From positions 2,806-47,370 of the forward strand of contig JAOABG010000004.1 of assembly GCA_026418475.1 (NCBI GenBank): DNA of 44,565 bases. The letters are read 5' to 3'. Below are positions 39,077 to 44,565 of this stretch, piece by piece (the stretch's first letter is position 1; each line of letters begins with the position of its first letter). The notes below the pieces were generated by a model. The model saw only the letters and a program-made list of their open reading frames with translations. It ran no database searches and was not told where the DNA came from. The position numbers and the translations under genes were made by a program. The stretch is from a bacterium. Lineage in GTDB: Bacteria; DRYD01.

Positions 39077-40024
39077 ATGGAAAATGTTATGAATCTTATT
39101 GATAGATATGTTTCTAATTTTATAGGAAGAGAAGTGACGGTTAGGGAGTTAGGACCCAGAGAAGGGTTTCAGATACAAAAAAATTTTATAGATACTTCAA
39201 TGAAGGTTGAACTTATTAATTGCTTATCTGATACCGGAATCAAATATTTGGAGGTTACTTCTTTCGTCAATCCCAAGTTGGTTCCCAATTTAGCTGATGC
39301 TCAAGAAGTACTAAAGAATATAGAAAAGAATCCGGGAGTTATTTATGCTTGTTTAGTTCTTAATAAAAAGGGTGTTGAAGTAGCTATCCAAAACAACGTA
39401 AAGTATTTGAATACTACGATTTTTGCTTCTGAAAGCTTGAATAAAAGGAATAATAACAGAACGATTGAGGAATCTATGAGAGAAGCTGAAGAAATGATAA
39501 AGCTTTGTAATGATAATAATATAATATTGGAGGGTGGTGTATCTGCAACTTTTGGGTGTCCTATACAAAAGTATGTCGATTTTAAAAAAGTCTTAGAAAT
39601 TGTGGAATTCTGGTATTCTAATGGTATAAAAAGTATTATGTTGGCTGATACAACTGGTGAGGCACTGCCACAACAGGTTTATGCTTATATCAGTATCCTA
39701 AGAGAAAAGTATGAGGATGCGAATTTTATCATACATCTTCATGATACCAGGGGTATTGGAATGGTGAACTTGCTAGTTGCTGTTAGTTTGGGGATTAGTC
39801 ATGTTGATTGTTCTATTGGTGGTTTGGGGGGATGCCCTTTTGCCCCTGGTGCTGCAGGAAATATACCAACTGAAGATACTGTATATCTTTTAAATTCTCT
39901 GGGTGTTAAAACTGATATTGATTTGGATAAACTTATTCAATGTTCACTTCTAGCTGAAAGGATAGTTGGTTATAAAATACCTGGTAAATTAAAGGACTAT
40001 AGATTATCTGGATTGTGTTGTTGA
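39077..40024 (+). CDS. Hydroxymethylglutaryl-CoA lyase family protein
   Basis: GPREGFQ, SFVNPK, FGCP, LADTTG, HLHDTRG and GGCPFAPGAAGN motifs. Confidence 0.9.
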   Translation: MENVMNLIDRYVSNFIGREVTVRELGPREGFQIQKNFIDTSMKVELINCLSDTGIKYLEVTSFVNPKLVPNLADAQEVLKNIEKNPGVIYACLVLNKKGVEVAIQNNVKYLNTTIFASESLNKRNNNRTIEESMREAEEMIKLCNDNNIILEGGVSATFGCPIQKYVDFKKVLEIVEFWYSNGIKSIMLADTTGEALPQQVYAYISILREKYEDANFIIHLHDTRGIGMVNLLVAVSLGISHVDCSIGGLGGCPFAPGAAGNIPTEDTVYLLNSLGVKTDIDLDKLIQCSLLAERIVGYKIPGKLKDYRLSGLCC

Positions 40025-40066
40025 TTATTTAAAGGATTAATCTGAAAACTATATAATATCAATTTT

Positions 40067-43000
40067 ATGAATATAGAAGTTTGTTATTTGGAGAACCCTA
40101 AGTTGTTAATTGATTTTGAATATGTTGAGAATGAAGTACAGAAATTTGAGGAGTTTTTCGAATTTTGCTTTGGGTATAAATTGAAATCAATACAGAGAAG
40201 TTATTGTAAAAGGTTTTTTTCTAAGCTTTCTTTTTCAATAGTTGCTCCTACGGGTACAGGGAAGACTATTTTGGGACTTTTTTTGGCTTTTTACAACTCA
40301 TTTGTTAAAAATCGGAGAAGCTTACTGCTTTTCCCTACACAACTTCTTGTTAAACAATCTCTGGAAATATTCCAAAAGTATGTTCCTATTATAGAAGAAT
40401 ATGTTTCTCGTAAAATTGAGGATGATGAATATCTGTTTTTCTTATCATATGAAAATAAGTCCATTAAAGAGGAGAAAATAAATAGGTTGTCTAGCGAACG
40501 ACATAAGTTTGTTGCTATAACCAATCAGTTTTTATCTCGTAGATTTGATCTCATCAATTCTTGTAAATATGATTATATTTTTGTTGATGATTTAGATAGT
40601 GTTTCAAAGGGTTCAAAGAACACCGTGAGAATACTCAAATTATTGGGATTTAATGATGAAATTATTGATTTGGCTAAGACTCCATCTTTCGAGACGCCAC
40701 CTTTACTCTTGGAAAAAATTGAGTTTCTTAAAGATAATATTGGGGTTTTAGTTATATCTTCTGCAACTCTTAGAAGAGGGATTAACAGTATTCTTTTCAG
40801 GAAATTGCTTAATTTTGATATAGGAAGTTCGATTAACTTTGTTAGAAATATAGATGATGTTTTTGTGGGTTCTAAAGATTTGGAAAAGTTGAAAGAGATC
40901 TTACAACTGATGGGGCCTGGAGCTATAATTTTTGTTCAATCTCAAGAGGAAGCGCAAATAATTGAAAAAGAGATACCAAACAGTAAATTTATAAACTCTA
41001 AGAATATAAAAAAAATAGATGATCTTGTTGATATTTATGTTGATGAGGAAATAGAATTTTCTGATAATGATGAAGAGGTTTTGGATGAAAGTGATGAGGA
41101 GATACAAATAAAGGATGGAGATATTAATTACCTCATAGGTATTTCTTCGCCTTACAGCATACTTGTTAGAGGATTGGATTTACCTTATAAAATTAGATAT
41201 GTTGTTTTTTGGGGGATTCCTAAAAGGAGAATAGATCTCAAAAACCTGGATAATTACAGGAATTTGTATCCAATACAAAAATTATTATCGAACATATTTT
41301 TTAAGAAGAGGATGGTTTCTTTGGATAGGATAAAGCAGTTAGTAGACACTTTGATTCAGCCACAGGTAATCTCTATGTTTGTTGTTAAAGATAGTAATTT
41401 ATACTCTTTGGATATAAAGACTTATCTTCAAGCTTCTGGTAGGTGCTCCAGAATAACGCCGTATGGTATAACTAAAGGTGTTAGTTTCATATTTGATGAT
41501 GAAATATTTTTTGAACCATTGTCCAAAAGTGCTTACTTCAATAATTTTGAAATCATAAAGATAGATAATTTTGATTCCATTAAATCGAGGGAAGATATAG
41601 ATTCAAGTAGGAGGAAGGATAATAATAACAATTATGATAACAATTTGGATTTTAAAACATATTTAATGATAGTTGAGAGTCCTACTAAGGCCAGACAGAT
41701 AGCCCAGATGTTTGGTAATCCTGGTATAACAAAGATAGGTAACCTCCAAGCATTTGAGACATTGAGTCCTATTGGGGTTCTTCTTATAATCCCTTCTCTG
41801 GGCCATGTTGTTGAGTTGTCTGTTGATCAAATAGAAAAAGAAAACAATATATATAATGTTATCGTTAACCGAAATGGTGATATTAAAGAGGTAAAGACTT
41901 TATACTGTTTCATAAGGAGATGTAAGGATTGTAATAGAAGTTTTGCTTCTATTTCTTCTGTTTGTATATATTGTTCATCTTCATCTATAGTGGATAATAC
42001 CGATAATCTGAATAGCCTTAAGACACTCTGTTTTATGGTAGATGGGGTTATTCTTGCTACTGATCCTGATAGTGAGGGAGAAAGAATTTCTTTTGATATT
42101 GTTAATCTTATTAAACCTAAGGATTATCAAAGAGTTGTGTTTAATGAGATAACAAAGAAAGCTGTTGTTAATGCTTTGTATAATCCCATGCAAATAAGAA
42201 GGAATTTGGTTGATGCTCAGCTTATAAGGAGGATAGAAGACCGTTGGATAGGATTTGCTTTGAGTAAAATACTTAAGGATAAGATGGAGGACTACAATAT
42301 TTCTGCAGGTAGGGTCCAGAGCCCTGTTCTACATTGGATAGTACAAAAATATAGAGAATATAATGATAAAAGGAGGTTTGCAATAGTTGAGGATTTTAGA
42401 GTCCAATTCATTGACTCTGATATAAAAGGAGAAGCTGAATTAGAAATAAAGGTGATAGATGAGTATGAAAAAAAGATAACTGTTTTTCCTTTTAATACAT
42501 CTGATATTTTAATGTTTGCCAATACTGTGTTAAAGGTTAGCTCTCAAGAAGCCATGCAAATGCTTCAAAGGTTATTTGAAAATGGATTGATAACTTATCA
42601 TAGGACTGATAGCTACTACATTTCTGATCAAGGGATAAATGTGGCAAAAGAGATTTACAGTAAAAAAGCTATGGAATTTGTATATAGAGGATTTGGGGAG
42701 CAACATGCACATGAGGCTATTAGAGTAACCAAACCTCTGGAGCCTGATGATATTAAAATAGCCTATCAGGACAAACTTTCCAGTTATGATATAAGGATGT
42801 ATGAAATGATTTACAGAAGGTTTTTAGCCTGTTTTACTAAAGATAATTATGTTAAGATTGCCAAGTATAAGTTTGTTCTTAAACAAGGTGAGAAGGTTTC
42901 TGAACTTGAACAGGAAAGGATTATTGATACTTTTGGCTTAGCTTTTGAGATATTTCCTTATTTGGCTTACAAAACAGAAAAACTTGTGGGAGGGAAATAT

Positions 43001-43354
43001 AATGTTAAGGTTAGAAATTTAAAGAAACCCACAACAATGTTATATTCACAATCTGAGATAATAAAAATGATGAAGGAGAAAGAGATAGGAAGGCCATCTA
43101 CTTATGCTTTTACGATTCAGAAGCTTTTTTCCAGAGGTTATGCTATTGAAAAATTCAATAGGTTGATACCCACTAAAAAAGGAATTATGGTTGATGATAT
43201 TTTAACTAAAAACTACTCTGACTTTGTGAATGAACAAAGGACAAAAGAGTTACTTAAAAAAATAGATGAGGTTGAGCAAAACAGGAAAGACCCTGTCTCT
43301 GTTATTCAGGAACTATTTAATGAAATTCAAAATATACTAAATATAACAATTTGA
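40067..43354 (+). CDS. rgy: Reverse gyrase
   Basis: Helicase-like half (APTGTGKT, VDDLD, SSAT, RGLDLP, QASGRCSR) fused to topoisomerase IA (VESPTKA, ATDPDSEGE, RRIEDRWIG, SAGRVQSP, catalytic YHRTD, GRPSTYA). Confidence 0.97.
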   Translation: MNIEVCYLENPKLLIDFEYVENEVQKFEEFFEFCFGYKLKSIQRSYCKRFFSKLSFSIVAPTGTGKTILGLFLAFYNSFVKNRRSLLLFPTQLLVKQSLEIFQKYVPIIEEYVSRKIEDDEYLFFLSYENKSIKEEKINRLSSERHKFVAITNQFLSRRFDLINSCKYDYIFVDDLDSVSKGSKNTVRILKLLGFNDEIIDLAKTPSFETPPLLLEKIEFLKDNIGVLVISSATLRRGINSILFRKLLNFDIGSSINFVRNIDDVFVGSKDLEKLKEILQLMGPGAIIFVQSQEEAQIIEKEIPNSKFINSKNIKKIDDLVDIYVDEEIEFSDNDEEVLDESDEEIQIKDGDINYLIGISSPYSILVRGLDLPYKIRYVVFWGIPKRRIDLKNLDNYRNLYPIQKLLSNIFFKKRMVSLDRIKQLVDTLIQPQVISMFVVKDSNLYSLDIKTYLQASGRCSRITPYGITKGVSFIFDDEIFFEPLSKSAYFNNFEIIKIDNFDSIKSREDIDSSRRKDNNNNYDNNLDFKTYLMIVESPTKARQIAQMFGNPGITKIGNLQAFETLSPIGVLLIIPSLGHVVELSVDQIEKENNIYNVIVNRNGDIKEVKTLYCFIRRCKDCNRSFASISSVCIYCSSSSIVDNTDNLNSLKTLCFMVDGVILATDPDSEGERISFDIVNLIKPKDYQRVVFNEITKKAVVNALYNPMQIRRNLVDAQLIRRIEDRWIGFALSKILKDKMEDYNISAGRVQSPVLHWIVQKYREYNDKRRFAIVEDFRVQFIDSDIKGEAELEIKVIDEYEKKITVFPFNTSDILMFANTVLKVSSQEAMQMLQRLFENGLITYHRTDSYYISDQGINVAKEIYSKKAMEFVYRGFGEQHAHEAIRVTKPLEPDDIKIAYQDKLSSYDIRMYEMIYRRFLACFTKDNYVKIAKYKFVLKQGEKVSELEQERIIDTFGLAFEIFPYLAYKTEKLVGGKYNVKVRNLKKPTTMLYSQSEIIKMMKEKEIGRPSTYAFTIQKLFSRGYAIEKFNRLIPTKKGIMVDDILTKNYSDFVNEQRTKELLKKIDEVEQNRKDPVSVIQELFNEIQNILNITI

Positions 43355-43406
43355 ACTTAATAATTCCGAAAGGGATATATGTTTTTTCTGTCCAAGAATA
43401 TAAAAA

Positions 43407-44033
43407 ATGGGTTTTAGTATAGTTTCTATAGAAGGTGCGGATGGAACTGGTAAGTCCACAATAGCTAATCTTCTTTATCATAAAATGGTTAGTGAATTTT
43501 CATATTTAAGTGTTGAGAAATATCATGAACCGATGTTTTTCGAGGAGGAAATATATAATTCAAGTATTAATGATTCAAAATATTTATTTCTCTTGTTTTT
43601 GGTGGCCAGGAAAAAGTTGATTAAACTTATTGATACTAGACAAAATAGGATAGTTATCATGGACAGGTATATTGATAGTACTTTTGTTTATCAAGCGTTG
43701 TTTCAAAAAGTAGTAGATTTTGATAGCTTAGTATATTTTCATCAACAAATAGTTTTTGAGAATAATGGTTATTTTTGGCCTGATATTACCTTTATTCTTG
43801 AGGCTGATTTGGAGGATATAAAAAATAGGATAAAAAAGAAGAATAATTCCAAATTGTTTGATGGATCAGAACTTGAGTATATCCAAAAACTATATAAAAT
43901 CCTGCCAATCATATTTTCTAACAGGGTTTTTTATTTTTTTAATACCTCTATTTTAACTAAAGAAGATGTGGTAAAAAATATGTTTGATATAATATGTAAG
44001 AAAATATTGAACTGTGGATTTGAAAGCTATTAA
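43407..44033 (+). CDS. tmk: Thymidylate kinase
   Basis: IEGADGTGKST, HEP, MDRYIDSTFVYQ and PDITFIL motifs. Confidence 0.92.
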   Translation: MGFSIVSIEGADGTGKSTIANLLYHKMVSEFSYLSVEKYHEPMFFEEEIYNSSINDSKYLFLLFLVARKKLIKLIDTRQNRIVIMDRYIDSTFVYQALFQKVVDFDSLVYFHQQIVFENNGYFWPDITFILEADLEDIKNRIKKKNNSKLFDGSELEYIQKLYKILPIIFSNRVFYFFNTSILTKEDVVKNMFDIICKKILNCGFESY

Positions 44034-44041
44034 GGGGGTAA

Positions 44042-44565
44042 ATGATGGGTTTTAAGAATAAACTGAATAATTTTTTGCTATTATTGTTGGTATCTTTTTA
44101 TTTCTTTCTAACTTCTTTTATGGATAATTATGGTAATATAGTTGAGATATCCCCACAAGCTTCTAAAAATACGGTTGGACTTGGCGAAAATTTTTACCTG
44201 ACTATACATGTCAATTTTAAGAGCCCTTCTAATACGACGTGGTATGTTGAGGATAATTTTAAATTGCTTAAAATAGAGGAATTCTTGAATAATTTCAATG
44301 TTATTTCCAGATCTATAGACAGGAAAATAACCCAGACTAACAATTATGATATCATGGATTTGACTTATACTTTTGTTTTGCAAGCCAGGCAAGAAGGAGA
44401 TTTCATTCTTAAAGACATAGGATTGATGTATAGTATTGATGATAATAACCAGAAAGTAAGTAAATTTGCTCCTATGGATAATTCTAAATCTATAACAATA
44501 AAAGTTATCTCTAGTTATGTTCCCCAGCCTCAACCACAACCACAGCCCCAACCTCAGCCTCAACC
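44042..44565 (+). CDS. Exported BatD-like Ig-fold protein, 3'-truncated, running into a Pro-Gln repeat
   Basis: Absent from the ORF track because there is no stop in the window. My translation: MMGFKNKLNNFLLLLLVSFYFFLTSF...ASKNTVGLGENFYLTI...YTFVLQARQEGDFIL...ITIKVISSYVPQPQPQ. AAGGGGG RBS. The BatD resemblance is from memory. Confidence 0.75.
   Translation, partial: MMGFKNKLNNFLLLLLVSFYFFLTSFMDNYGNIVEISPQASKNTVGLGENFYLTIHVNFKSPSNTTWYVEDNFKLLKIEEFLNNFNVISRSIDRKITQTNNYDIMDLTYTFVLQARQEGDFILKDIGLMYSIDDNNQKVSKFAPMDNSKSITIKVISSYVPQPQPQPQPQPQPQ
44522..44565 (+). repeat. Coding (CCNCAR)n repeat encoding at least (PQ)7
   Basis: CCC CAG CCT CAA CCA CAA CCA CAG CCC CAA CCT CAG CCT CAA CC, running to the window end. 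Confidence 0.9.

Noticed and set aside
43343-43358. Small ATTCC-GAAA-GGGAT hairpin near the end of rgy as a terminator
   Set aside because: Only a 5-bp stem with a G-U pair and no immediately adjacent U-tract; too weak to call.
44108-44563. 151-aa minus-strand ORF (MRLRLGLWLWL...)
   Set aside because: Antisense shadow of the plus-strand PQ-repeat gene.

Overview
Very AT-rich, gene-dense bacterial chromosomal segment of mostly housekeeping genes: uppS, plsX, menG/ubiE, groESL, fabF, split hldE (hldA/hldC), a glmU-like gene, lspA, uvrB, lipA, fumC, a class B PBP, HMG-CoA lyase, reverse gyrase, tmk and a stand-alone tRNA-Ile(GAU). Lineage-specific hypothetical genes are interspersed. Reverse gyrase and a TreT-like trehalose synthase point to a (hyper)thermophile, and ADP-heptose genes suggest a diderm envelope. 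A deep-branching candidate lineage such as Calescamantes is a guess only. I saw no mobile element, prophage or CRISPR array. The best finding is an 825-aa tandem tyrosine phenol-lyase. Its two halves have lost complementary catalytic motifs, which suggests a single-chain heterodimer with one composite active site. Other highlights: 11-bp-phased TTTACA arrays upstream of three accessory genes, two unannotated small ORFs, a catalytically dead clostripain-like protein, a GlmU with a decayed uridyltransferase half, an atypical reverse gyrase, and a tRNA whose CCA lies 5 nt from a start codon. All calls are from motifs read by eye; no searches were run.
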